NCBI GenBank assembly: GCA_964187785.1 | Contig: OZ076416.1 | Coordinates: 54,250,001 to 54,314,000 of the forward strand | DNA length: 64,000 nucleotides | From: Amphiscolops sp. MND2022 | Lineage: Eukaryota | Direction of reading: 5' to 3' | Shown here: in pieces, positions 1 through 11,975 of the stretch | Layout of the letters: every line of letters begins with the position of its first letter | Position numbering within the stretch: the stretch's first letter is position 1 | The notes under the pieces: model-generated | The model's input: the letters and a program-made list of their open reading frames with translations, nothing else | Database searches by the model: none | What the model was told of the DNA's origin: nothing | Made by a program: the position numbers and the translations under genes

Positions 1-137
1 GCAATATTCAAGGAATTTATGCTAACAGTATTAGCTCTAAGTAGAGCAAAGAGAAAAAGCAGCATGGTACAGAGAAACCTAAACTGCATGTATGAATATT
101 CATCAGACATCCTCAACACTGAACAAATGGAAAATTA

Positions 138-1015
138 TCAGTTGAAGTTTCTCTGATAATTGAATGATCTCGGATAATTCCAATAATTTCTCTTTTGAAC
201 CAGTTGTTCACGAGGTACATTGTTTGAGTATTTCAAAATATGTGAGAGTAAGGAAAACTTTATCAAAGGCAACCCATATTTATAATTGAAATGTATATTG
301 TCGAAAAAAGGATTGTTTGAATTATTAACAGCACATATTCGTTCGTGTAAATTGATTATTTCAATCGCTGGATTATCATGATATTCGTTATTCAATAGAT
401 TATTGAAATTTCGAATTTGCTCATTGACAGTATCATCATTTTTACCGGTGGAATTTCGCAAATGAAAATTTTCTGTGGCTTAAATTTCGAAGATAATTTC
501 TCAACTAACAGTTTCTGTTTTTTGAAATGATTTTTCACATTGATACTTCTCTGCTTTAGCAGGCTATTTGTTCCATCCTGGAGGGTTATCGTCCGTAGTT
601 GTTTGTTTTCGTATGAGTCCAGTATTCCTGCCTTTTCTTCGGTCGTTGATCCTGGATAAGCATGGATAGCCACATCACGAGGAAGGTCGTTCTGATTTAT
701 TCTACTGATGATGCTCGATCCAATAATAAGGTTTTCCGTTTCTGGATTCAGCAAGTGAGGTCGAAATGAACGAATTTGTATTGGTTGTTGTTGATTGTCT
801 TTGATTTCTGTTACATTGTTGGGATTATTCACTTGGTTGGTTTCTTGATTGCGTAATATGTCATTCAATTTTTTCTCATGGGTATCCAGCCTCATCGTAA
901 CATTTTCAAGTAAATTGTTGAGTTTGACGTTTTGTTGGTAAACTTTTTCGAATAGGTTGAATTTTTCTTCCGTGTTTAGTTTCTTGAACGTTTCGAAATT
1001 GATCATATTTTCCAT
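138..1015 (-). pseudogene. LINE ORF1 (coiled coil plus SGNH/GDSL esterase-like domain), frameshifted; 5' part of a non-LTR retrotransposon that runs off the window start
   Basis: Overlapping ORFs 392-1015 and 138-461 contain LIIGSSIISR, HAYPGSTT, LQDGTNSL and DNIHFN (SGNH blocks I, II, III and V). The same motifs occur in 13673-14543, which is followed by RT remnants. Confidence 0.7.
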
Positions 1016-1381
1016 TGTTTAACAGTGTTGAAGGTGTATAATTTAACAGTACATCAATAGTTGTTGACAAATAAAATGAGGGATAAAACCTTTGTTGACA
1101 AACAAGAAAATGAAAGATCAATAAACGTAGATAGATTGACAGCTAAATATGGTATTAGAGTGAAATAAGAAAGCAATTTTAACCGACTGCACCCTACGAA
1201 GTCTAAATTTGTTGTCACCAATTCGGGTTTTCTTGATATTCTCAGTCCAGAAAAATCTTCACCATGAACGATCCCCTTTGAAATATGTTTCTATGGAAAA
1301 TTTCACTTTCTTGAATTTGTTTTTCATTTTACAGTAACCCCAGCGTTGTAGTCCCGTGTCAGACTTCTGTAACTTGTCAAT

Positions 1382-1616
1382 TTATTATTTTCCGCCCACA
1401 TATATGGGGGAGGAAAATCATAATCTGTGTTGCGTTTTTTTCTCTGAATTCTGCCAAAACTCCACTTCACTTAGCTACTTGACTATTTTTTAGTTACTTG
1501 ACTCTTTTCAGTTTTTTGACTGTTTTACCAGTAACTATATTACTAGTATAATAGTCAAGTAACTAAAATAGCGCCATGGCGCAGTTGATAGTGCGTGTGC
1601 CTGGCAGACACATGGT
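1382..1616 (+). repeat. Composite dispersed repeat with tRNA-derived (SINE-like) head, copy 1, truncated before the B-box
   Basis: Shares TTTTCCGCCCACATATA(A)TGGGG(G)AGGAAAATC with the copies at 1807 and 39348. A-box-like TGGCGCAGTTG and anticodon-arm-like sequence at 1571-1616. Confidence 0.55.
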
Positions 1617-1806
1617 TACATAAACAGCTTTCGGATACATTTAGGTCGATGCAGATAGATCTATATCCAAATTGTTGGCGTTATTCTCGATTCATTTTGT
1701 CTTGACAGGCTTAAAAGAATGTTTCGAGTTTGTTCGTTTCCAAACGTTGTTTCCAATATAGCTCTGTAAATTTTTCTTTTTACGAAACATAACGACAAAA
1801 ATGTAG

Positions 1807-2062
1807 TTTATTATTTTCCGCCCACATATAATAGGGGAGGAAAATCGTAATCTGTGTTGCGTTTTTTTCCAAATTCTGCCAAATCTGCGTTTTTAAATTC
1901 CATTTATTACTCCATTTAGTAAATAGTAATTTGGATATTTTAGTCACCGTGGCACAGTTGTCAGTGCGTCTGTCTGGCAGACACAAGGTCGTGGGTTCGA
2001 ACCCGTGCTGATGCGTTATATTTTTGGCGGAAAATATCCCGGTGCTTAGCGGGCGTCTTGTT
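1807..2062 (+). repeat. Composite dispersed repeat with tRNA-derived (SINE-like) head, copy 2
   Basis: tRNA-like segment at about 1943-2015 with A-box TGGCACAGTTG and B-box GGTTCGAACCC. Ends AGCGGGCGTCTT like the copy at 39348-39540. Stems are imperfect, so it is not called a functional tRNA. Confidence 0.6.
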
Positions 2063-2608
2063 CAAATTAATAACTTTTATGAATTAGGTCATATTCAGGA
2101 CAAAAGAGTAAGTGGTTGAATACTTTTTTTACCAAATTGCCCTTTAGGACCCTATATACAAATATGCATGATATGATTTTCAGATCATTGTAGGCTTTCC
2201 ATGTGCGACCATTCTGTAGCTTTTTCGTTTTGGAACAATTGTTTTGTAATGTCGTAGTTTTTCCAAATGCTCCTGAGAACTGCATATGAAAAATATTGTA
2301 GTGCCATTCCGCCTCTCAAACCATTTATTCCAAAAAGATGTTCCTGTTTTTAAGGTAAAAACATTTTGACGTGTGAGTAGTTTTTCAAGCAGTGAATAGT
2401 ATCATGATTCTGCTCCTGAATGTTTCTTTTTGAATATGTACACTTACAGACGAAAGTTCTGTCCCTGGCTGAAGAAGTTCAATTGGTTGAAAACGTTTCA
2501 CAAAAAATCAAATTTAAGAATTTGTTCATAGAATCAGTGCCTCATCAGAAGAGTCCCAAAAATAATTCTACTCCCATAAAACTCGTGTTCCAAGATACGC
2601 ATAATGAC

Positions 2609-5014
2609 TGTCACGGCCCGCTCCCGGTCATGGTTGCAGTTTCTGCTATGTGATGGGGAGAGGGAGAGGACGCGGCTATTGCAAGTACCATTAAACTATT
2701 AATATAATTCTACTTACAGTATAGCTAAATTGATTGTAGATAATCTCCCAGTTACAAAATCCAACGTAAGCGTTACGGGATATTTTCAGAAATGATTTTG
2801 GACTAGCTAAAACTTCCGGTCTAATGTTTTCACGCGCAACGCTATTTCTTACTTCCGGTTTCATCTCTTGATTTTTTCCATTTCAATCTAAATACTAAAA
2901 TAAGGACATTTTCTAAAATGGGATCATTTTCCTTTTCCGCTGCACCCAAAAGAAAACATTAGCAATAAAGTTTCACTCCGAGATCCCAACGGAGCTCCTA
3001 CGATCTAAAACAAAAGAACATACAAAGTATAGTGGAATTGTTTTCCAGTATTAAAGTAGTTGTCAATATTCACTTAAAGTCCCAGTCAAGTGATTTTAAG
3101 CAAATGTTTACAACGTTATGACAGCGTCACTCAACTAAGCTAGTAATGGGTGTTCCTGTTTTTACGGACAAATAGGGTTGTTTCTCAACTGAACTATTTG
3201 AGCTCGCACTGATAGAATTATGCTCGGTTGCCCCTAGCAACGCCAATTAGCTGAGAGAAAGAATAAATTCGCCTACGCTCTCTGCTTTCTCTCCGTCAGC
3301 CACCGCTGCTCAGCAATAACTAATCTTAATACGTACGGATCGACTACGGAGCGGATTGTAAGATTGTATTCCGCTGAATAGCTATACTTAATCCTAATAT
3401 GTACGGAGCATCTACGGAGCGAATTGTAAGATTGTTGCCTTAAAGCATTAGTTCAAACGAATTTCAAACGAAGTTCCTTTTGAATTGACGCATTTAAGAG
3501 ATTTTAAAGATAACTTCTTTATAGGGAAAGCTGTACTGTAAGGAAGAATATGAAAATGTTTATTCTGATAAAAGTGCTACCTTAAAGCGTATTCTTGGTA
3601 AAAAGCATTGAAGTCACGTCCACCTTACGTTGCGAACAACCTTCTTTAGAACGGCTACAATCAAACATTACATCATACCTATGAATTATGATTTAGAATT
3701 AACATCGAAGTTGCAACGTACGGTTATCTAAGTCCAAAGCTGCTATCCATCCTTTTTTTCCTTTAAATCATTGCTCAAACAAGCGTCTTAATAATGGAAA
3801 GTGTGCTTCTGAAGTCTTAATTTTGTTATGCAGTCAATTTCAATCATGCAATAATACCAATGTTTCATTCATCTGAATTTGTACTGGAATGACGGATACT
3901 TTCCGTTAGCAATAAATTTTGTTTCCTTGAATTAGTTGCTTACTATAATTTATACTTTTAATTTGGACCTCGAGTTTTGTAATTTCGTACTCTTTTCTGA
4001 TGGAGCCACATATAGGCCAAATTTGAGTTTGATGTAAATGTATCTGTTTAATTTATACACTTAATAGCCGACCATCATTATCTTTCCAGCATCGTTTGAT
4101 CCTCGGTAATATCTAAATATTCACATTATCGGATTTTCTTTGCTCCGATTCAACTCCGTCACAATTTTTGCGAGTCATCTTTTTGCTTCGAATCTCAACT
4201 TCCTCAGTTGGAAATTGACTAATTGATCACGCCGGCGTGCCTACGCTGATGAAAATGTCAACTAGACTTTTATTTTGCCGCAATTTTGAAGAGCAAACAG
4301 GAAATGGAATTGCCTGAACAAAAATGATTTCAACAAAGTTTATGGAATAACGACGCAACTAGGAATTTCGATACCTGATTTTTTGACGCGGGACTGAAAT
4401 AATTTGAATCATATGCGCCGTTTGATAAACAAACCCGATTTTCATGATACCTAGGAATTTTTAGGTGAGGAACAAATGATGCTGGGAAAGTAAAAATATC
4501 AAAATAAAACATGTAAATGCAGTTAATTAACTTTGTGAGTTGCAATAAACTTAAACTGTTCCGTTGTTTCAACGCTAAACAAAAACTTCCTCGAAGAATT
4601 CACCTCTTGCCGAAGACTACTTTTCCAATTGAAAAATGACAACTAGAAGTCAAAAGAGGAAAGCCGTAGCTGAACTAGTTTCTGGAGACTTTGAAACTTC
4701 TATAGCCGGAAACACTCCGTCTGAGAATCTTATAGCTGGACCTAGTAAAGTTCCTAGGGTAGAACCTGAGAATCTTGAAGAAATAAAAACATCTTTGAGA
4801 AAAGAAATCATGTCAGACTTGACTAAAATACTTGTTGAGAATCAGAAGGAAATGCTTAAACTAATAGCACCTTCGAATAAAAAACATGCTGTCCGTTCAA
4901 ATATTCAAGACTCTGACTCTGAACCAGAAAACATCTCCGTAGCGAGAACGTCCACACCTGTAAAAACATACACTGCGACTAATTCTAAAACAATGCCGAA
5001 CAATGGTCGTAACA
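2609..5014 (+). mobile_element. Solo LTR (2406 bp) of a third family of the same Gypsy clade
   Basis: Termini TGTCACG...CGTAACA; 5-bp TSD ATGAC at 2604-2608 and 5015-5019; a gag-N-terminus-like ORF runs off its 3' end, as in the LTRs of elements 1 and 2. Confidence 0.85.
3321..3435 (+). repeat. Two imperfect 47-bp direct repeats inside the solo LTR
   Basis: TAATCTTAATACGTACGGATCGACTACGGAGCGGATTGTAAGATTGT (3321-3367) versus TAATCCTAATATGTACGGAGCATCTACGGAGCGAATTGTAAGATTGT (3389-3435). Confidence 0.85.
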
Positions 5015-5028
5015 ATGACGACTTTTAA
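4636..5028 (+). CDS. LTR-encoded Gag N-terminal segment (126 codons inside the solo LTR, stop in the flank)
   Basis: Starts MTTRSQKRK (compare MPTTRKQKK and MVNTRSQAR of the two gags), has an amphipathic helix, and crosses the LTR end in the same codon phase as the other two LTRs. Confidence 0.7.
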   Translation: MTTRSQKRKAVAELVSGDFETSIAGNTPSENLIAGPSKVPRVEPENLEEIKTSLRKEIMSDLTKILVENQKEMLKLIAPSNKKHAVRSNIQDSDSEPENISVARTSTPVKTYTATNSKTMPNNGRNNDDF

Positions 5029-5855
5029 AAAATCTCTTGCAAGAAATTGCTCTCTACAAACCTTGTTATCTAAAGGTTTTTGGAAACTCTACAACTGACA
5101 AGAAGGTTTTTTTCCGACAAATGCTTCAGGGCTGCGAATTTTGACGAGAACTGCAGAAAAAGTTTGAATTTTAATTGCTGTGAATGTTTTTTTTTCATTA
5201 CAGCAGTAGTTCGGTATAAAAGTGTTAATAAATTCTTTCTACAGCAGTAAATTCTATATGCAGTTTTCATTTCTGACGCTCAAGGTTTCCTTTACAAAAA
5301 GTTTTCACACCCTTCCTGTTTTTTAAACTAAAATTCATTACGGACAGATCTTGTTGGTAAGTATTTGTTAGTCAGAAGAAATCCAACTAATTTTTCAGAT
5401 GCAGAACATTTCAAAAAAGCTGTCTGTTCGTCTTTCTAGCTAGTAGCAACAGTTTCAATTTTAGAGAATATTTTATGGAATGTAGAATTTCCAAGTGAAT
5501 ATTATAGTCAACAATACATACGTGCTTTTACACTACAGGTTGAAATACAACAGAAGCCGAATAATATTATAGTCAATCCCCAAACAGTATGGAATCGAAA
5601 CTTCGAATTGTAGAATCATTGATATACCTTCTGAGATTATTGTTTCTCCATTAAGCTTCATTTAAAATGGCAGGAAATTTGAGCAATGAATAATTGCAAT
5701 TCATTGCAAATCAGGAACTTGCAAATCCATATGCTTTTTGTACCGGATTTCATTGCTTGAAAATTTTATTGCGAAGTCTTCTTGCAACAAAATTGAAACA
5801 AAAAATGTTGTTTTACCTAAATTAGCTGATGAATAACAAAGTACTTTTGTTTTAG

Positions 5856-7591
5856 ATTTGGACTCGATTGCACAATTTCTGCCTCTCCGAATGAAGTTCC
5901 CGCCAAGTTCGACGGACAGAGCCCCCAAAGCGCCCCACCGCCCCCAATGATTGTTCCGGAAGATGATGGAATCGAAATTGTGGTGGACCTGACAGACAGC
6001 GAAGATGAGGATGATTGCCAGATTATTTCTTCATCCTCGCCCGATTGCGACAATATTTTTGAGATTGCAGGGATGTTGGACGCGCAAGTGCAGAAACGTT
6101 CTGAGAAAACTGAGACAGAGAAAGTTTTGGACACCGCTGCGACGAGGAAGAATTCGATATCCAAAATGGGGCAAATTGGAAACTGTTGTTCTTTTCGGAA
6201 AAACTCAAAATCTGTTGCAGGCTCTGCTTCTGGAAGTTTGGATTTAAGTTCGAATTCAAGTAACAGCAAAAGTTCCGCTCCTAAACATTCCCGAAGGGAA
6301 TCTACGTCAAAAAACGAGAAGCATCATGGTTCAGGTAGTGATACTGAGAAAACATCGGACATCTCGAATCCAAAGAAATACGATACCAATAGAAAGCAAA
6401 ATTCCATCACCCTTTCACAGTTACCTGAGAAACTTGGAAATTCTAAGTCCTCGGGGTTTAAAGTGGATACCCAAATGTTTGGGTTCACAGAAGGTTCAAC
6501 TTCAGAGGAGCCGAAAAGAAGTTCGGGTACCGACGTATCAGAAAATCAAGAAGAAACGGACCAAAACTCCGAAATTGGCGAGTTCACAAACGGGAAAAAG
6601 CAATCTGAAACGGCAGCGTTGAAGACTCTGAATTGTGCAGCAAATAGAAGAGTAACAGATTCCAACCAAGATCATATACTAAAAGCTACAAATCAGAAGG
6701 GTTCTGACTCGACCGTGAAGAATTACTCAAAAACCGAGTTGCAGAAGAGTTCTGATTCATCAGCAGCTTCTAATACTGTAAATATCAAAACTTCTCGCAT
6801 CACAGAGCAAAATGTTGCAGTCAGCGATATTGATAAAGATGGTCCTCAACCTGGAAAAAGATGCCGAAAAGTGGGTAGACAGGTACCTAACATGCATGTA
6901 TCACCAGTATCACCAGCTGCTGTCTCCTTGAATGAGCCCAATGATTTGGAATACGGGAGTGCATCAAAACAAAAGAACCAGTTAGCTGACAAAGTTTCTG
7001 TCACCGCTACAGAGTCACAAATGGAAAAAGAAAAATGCCAATCATCGCCGACTGGAACCCGCCCGACTGCTGAGTCATCGGGTGCCAGTTCATCACACCA
7101 TTGCCATCTTCTACCTCAGAAACGAAAGTTTCCTGAAGAACCACAAAGTGGTAGTTCTGAAGAAACGGACCAATCAGAAAAGGAGACTAGCGAAGCATCA
7201 AATCTGTCCCGGAAACCTTTCCGTTCTATTGCATGGGAGGACAAGCTCATAACAGTTTCTGTCTGCAATAACTTCACTCCAATCAACCCACCCCCGAAAA
7301 GCCCCGTCAAACATCTCTCGAGTATCCCAGTCAAACCTGTAGTTATTAACCGCAGGATACCCCCTGCGCCCAAACCCATAATCATACCACCCAAGCTCAC
7401 ATCGGCCGATCATTGCGAACTGTGTGAGAAGGAGTACGAAAGAGTGGATGAACATTTGGCTAGGTGTCACTCGCCGACTCCTTGCAAAAACAGGAAGTGG
7501 GGTCGAGATAGCGACTACTGCTGTGGTCTCTTTTTCAACAAGTACAATTACGGCAAACACAGAAAGCGCTATCATCAGGCCCCCAGTCCAG
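5856..7591 (+). CDS. Large exon of a probable host gene: Ser/Glu/Lys-rich low-complexity protein with a SIM-like motif and two C2H2-like zinc-finger motifs
   Basis: Open frame includes ORF 5947-7602. Acceptor TTTTAG at 5855, donor CAG|GTAAAT at 7592 (phase 1). Motifs CELCEKEYERVDEHLARCH and CCGLFFNKYNYGKHRKRYH; IVVDLTDSEDEDD near the start. Upstream exons not resolved. Confidence 0.6.
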
Positions 7592-7717
7592 GTAAATACT
7601 GAAACACGTACGTTCTTCATGAGGAGACGTTAATCTGAATTACTACTTAACGTCCTGAAAACTAAACAGATACTGAAATTCTTTCAGTTTTTCTGTCAGT
7701 CATTTAGAAAGAAACTA

Positions 7718-8078
7718 CTAGGTGAACCAAAAAACAGAACGCACAAATTTTTTTGTGCTCTCAAAATGTCAAAATGTTTCAAAACAACTTTGAACGCTGA
7801 AATTCAGCTTGTCAATGATTCAATTTGACAACATTGCTTTCACACATTCAAGTGTCAAAGAACTTTCACACATCAGAAGTGCCAACAAATTGACTGGTAA
7901 AGATGTCTAGAATTTCACTGAGGGCTCCAATCCAAATCATTCTTTGTTGAAGATTCGATTACGTAATGAGAGCTCCGATTTGAAAAATTGACAGGACAGA
8001 TTTTTTGAGCGTTGTTTACAAATATTACAATTTTGAAGAGCGAAACTTTTGTGCCTTCCGTTTTTTTGGTTCACCTAG
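7718..8078. mobile_element. MITE, Tc1/mariner-type (TA target duplication)
   Basis: About 30-bp imperfect TIRs CTAGGTGAACCAAAAAA...TTTTTTGGTTCACCTAG, flanked by TA at 7716-7717 and 8079-8080. Confidence 0.75.
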
Positions 8079-8983
8079 TATCATTACGTAAATACATCTT
8101 CAACTAAGGATGGTTCGAATCATGAGAAAATATCTAGACATCGCTACGAGTCATTTCGTTCTCATTTTTGATGTGTGAAAATTCTTTTGCTTCAAAAGAC
8201 GTTGCCAAGTTGAATGATCGACAGCAGCGGTCAACGTTGTCGTCAAACGTTATTTGACAAATATTTGAAACTTTGAAAGGTAAAAAAATTCTTTGCGTTC
8301 CGTTTCCTAGTAATAGGCGACACTAGGAAAATGTGAAAATTTGCTCGTGAAAATTGTTCGGACTTTTCCAGTTTGTCACATGTCAATAAAATTGCTGTCA
8401 AGTTTGAAATCTTTGGAATCGTCAAAAATCAGAAAATTGGTCTACGGATTCTTGCTGGTATTTTGAATTCGAAGCCACGTTTTGTTTCTAAACTGATGTG
8501 CAATTCAGAATGGTTGACAAACGAAAAGGTTGAATTCAAGTATCTTGTCTTTAAATGTTTACCCTTCAAAATTTTTTACGTGTAATATGTTCATGGATCG
8601 GCTTGGAGTAGCAAGCGATAATCACCAGATGTTCGCGAAGTTTCACAAATAGGAAGGTATATATAAAATGAGATATGTTTAATTGGTTCGCTGAGTTCGA
8701 AAACTACTTTCAAATCAGGGTTTTGACATCGCTATTTTTTCGCTAATCGCTAAAGCGCTTATTTCAAAATCACTATTTTGCTGAAAAACTGTTTCTTGGA
8801 GCTATTAAATGTTTGACTTATTTAAGTATCTTTTAAAATTAAATGATAACTTCAGATTTTACCAGAAAAGTTTTTTAAATACTGTGTGGGTTTTACACGG
8901 AGTTTGAATTTTTTTGAAATTCATTTTGAAACTCCGTGTATACTCCGAGGAACTGAATTTAAACAGTTTATTAGTTGCTGCTA

Positions 8984-9149
8984 CAGTGGAAGCCGCTTAT
9001 ATGGGACGCCTCAGAACCGGGAATTTTTGTCTACTATATCCGTTGTCTCTTATATCAGTGGTACAATTGACCGGGCCAGGGGACCGAAATATGCGTGCCA
9101 ATTAAGCATTGTCTCTTATACGCATGTCCAATTTAAGCGGCTTCCACTG
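8984..9149. mobile_element. MITE, pogo/Tigger-like
   Basis: 16-bp perfect TIR CAGTGGAAGCCGCTTA/TAAGCGGCTTCCACTG, extendable to about 24 bp with mismatches; TA on both sides. Confidence 0.85.
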
Positions 9150-9832
9150 TAATTTGAATCGCTAATGGAATTGCTGACTTCATAATGAAAAACTTTGTAA
9201 CACAGTGAATTTTGACTTAAAGAGGGGACATAGCTTCACACGTTTAGATAACTGGTCAAGGAGGAGGCTTCTTGGTAAGACGCGGGTTTTTTCCGTCACA
9301 ATTGTCTGGAATTCATGAAACTTTCACTCACTCGTTTGTCGCTCGAAATAACCTTCCTTTCAAAGCAACTGTTTTTGTATTTCGACTAATTTCTGATTTC
9401 AGCGATTATTGGCAATCTTTTACAACTGATAAAATGCTGTCTCAGTAGTTTGCAAAGTGAACTCATGTGAGGTTGTAGTCGATTGAAGTGTCTCCTCGGA
9501 ATATTAGGACACCCTCGAGTTTAATGTGCAGGGAGGGGAGTCATTAATACAATACGGACTTTCATTTGAACAATGATACTACTTTACTTTTAAGAGATAC
9601 TGAATTCCTAAGATTGAAAATTCACACATAAATGGAATTCGTTATTGGACCTGTCAAAAATTGATTTCGGAGAATTTATACATCATGGACATTCTGTCAG
9701 TCTATATCATGGAAAATAGAGATTTGATGGCCATGTTTTTAGTCGGCGCTTTTATAAATAAGTCACTCGTTTTTTAGTCGGCGCTTTTCTTAAGAAAAGA
9801 GCCCGACTATTACAGTCACTGGTTTTTTTTTA

Positions 9833-10707
9833 TTTAAGACAGACTCGAAGCGACGAACGTTAAAATTAACGTTCAACTACTAAACTACTAAATACAGTAC
9901 TAAACTACTGGACCGGTAAAGGCAAACGGGGAGCGCATTCATTTACTTTTTAAACGTTACCTACAAGCCCGGACGGGACTAAAGGGTCCCCCCTTTTGAT
10001 TTTTTTCGGCACTGTGAGACTTTTTTTCGAAATTTTTTTAATGTCCCCAAAGGGTCCCCCCCTTTGAGTTTTTTGTTATTTTGCTACAGAATGCGTGTTT
10101 ATAAATAAAAAAGGGTCCCCTCTTTTACATTTTTCGGCACTGTGCGACATTTTCCGAAATAAATTTTTTTTTCGAAAATTTCAAGTTTTTTTCCAAAAAA
10201 AATGTTTTGCGCTTTTTGAGCCTTAGATATAGCGCCGACTTGAGACGTTCCCGTCTTGTTTTCTTTAAGACAGACTCGAAGCGACGAACGTTAAAATTAA
10301 CGTTCAACTACTAAATACAGTACTAAACTACTGGACTCTGGACCGGCAAAGGCAAACGGGGAGCGCATTTAGGATAGTGCAAAGGGTCCTCCCTTTCAGT
10401 TACTCCATTTTTATCGTAAGATACAAAACAGGACGAGACTATAGGGTTTGAGATTTTTTCGGCACTGTGCGACTTTTTTTCGAATTTTTTTTGTCTTCAA
10501 AGGGTCCCCCCTTCAAGCTTTTTGATATTTTACAGCAAATTGAAGTTTCAAAAAGCCCAAAGGGTCTCCCCTTTCAAGTTTTTCGGCACTATGAGACTTT
10601 TCTTTTTTTTCAAAAAACCCAAAGGGTCCCCCCCTTTTACAATTTCAAAAAGTGTGAGCTTTTTGAGCCTTGAGTATGGCGCCGACTTGAGACGTTCCCG
10701 TCTTGTT
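9833..10707 (+). repeat. Diverged tandem duplication: two units, each a ~107-bp repeat plus a member of the AAAGGGTCCCCC dispersed repeat family
   Basis: 9833-9939 is nearly identical to 10264-10369. Both units end GCGCCGACTTGAGACGTTCCCGTCTTGTT (about 10260 and 10707). Confidence 0.75.
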
Positions 10708-10937
10708 TAGCAATACTTCAATACTGAATTGTGCTGTGATTGATAATTGAGCGCAAAGTTGAAGAGCACTGATGCTTATTTTGCGTCCACATTGGGTATT
10801 ATATATAATTATAAATTTGCCTAATGTATTGTATTAACGTGAGATAAGCGTGAGATTTGAATTTCTGAAGCTGCCGACAACAATTGTTTCTCGTGCGATG
10901 GAACGAGCGAGTGGTAATTATGCGTTCGTACGCCGAG

Positions 10938-11085
10938 TTATTGAGATGAAGCGAACGAGTGTTAATTATTCGTTCGCCGAGAGCTTCGCCTGCATTCAAA
11001 TGCGAATGCGAAACTTCCTCTACGCTTTGTAGTTATGTTTGCTTTAGTCCGAGATTTAAAGGCTGTATAAACTGGTACAGTGATT
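10938..11085 (+). repeat. Dispersed hairpin-containing repeat; an inverted copy lies at about 62636-62785
   Basis: TTGAGATGAAGCGAACGAG...TTCGTTCGCCGAGAGCTTCGCCTGCAT matches the reverse complement of 62693-62770 and continues with weaker similarity. Confidence 0.7.
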
Positions 11086-11137
11086 GAATAATTGTGCGCT
11101 AAATAATATTTTACAGGAGTGTATTTGTATTCCAGAT

Positions 11138-11654
11138 CAGAGATGTTACAATTATGCGGCGCATAATCCCGCACAATTCCGCATAATCTGACGTAATTTT
11201 CGTCGCGCACAAATTGCCGCATAATTGCGTTATATTGACAAGCGTTGCCGCATGTTTCTGAGAAATGTAAATCAAAATATAAGCTATTATTCAAAATGAA
11301 TGATTCTGGTAATTCTTACTTGGAATTAATTATGCCCAGCCCTGTAAGAGGTTACAATCGGTCGTTTCTTTTACTGGAAAAAACAAAGAAACGAAAAAGA
11401 GATCATTCTTCATCTGTGGATGCCCAAACACGCGCAAAAATGTTCCAAAACTCATACTTTTTGCCGAAAAAGCCTATTATTCTGCAGATTGAGTTGAATT
11501 TCAGTTTTGACGAACTTATTTTTCCCCGCATAATTCTTCTGATTTGCGCATATTTCACATTTTTGTACGAGTTTTAGCGCATAATTTCAATAAAAATTCC
11601 GCATTCCGCATCGCATAATTCCGTGAAAATCCCCGGACTAAAGTAACATCTCTG
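11138..11654. mobile_element. MITE with 12-bp TIR and 9-bp TSD
   Basis: TIR CAGAGATGTTAC/GTAACATCTCTG; direct repeat ATTCCAGAT at 11129-11137 and 11655-11663; many subterminal GCATAATT-like motifs. Confidence 0.85.
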
Positions 11655-11975
11655 ATTCCAGATATGATTCTATTATTAATGAATGATTAAAGCAGAAATA
11701 ATAGTATTATAAAATGTGTTATAATAGTGTTAATAAAACTGAAATGTTTTCACAAACTTAATAATATTTGATCAAGCATTTTTTGATTACCTCCAAAATA
11801 ACTCTGGTTTCTGTCGGTTGGCTCATTTAATTTCTCTCCAAACCATTTTTCACAATCAGGGGTCCAATTCATTTATTACATACATTATGGTATTGTATAT
11901 TAATCCAATGAAACTCAATGTTCAAGATATGTTGAATGAAAAAGATGGGTTTTGAAGGTGTGAACTACTTTTCAG

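Noticed and set aside
1943-2015. Functional tRNA gene
   Set aside because: Acceptor and T stems are imperfect, and the sequence is embedded in a multi-copy dispersed repeat.
2446-2530. KFCPWLKKFNWL, resembling a TTF-type zinc-finger leader
   Set aside because: It is followed at once by stops and no Cys/His ligands.
5701-7633. Overlapping shadow ORFs around the zinc-finger exon, and similar antisense ORFs over gag, pol and LINE ORF2
   Set aside because: They are by-products of long open frames on the other strand or frame and have no independent motifs.
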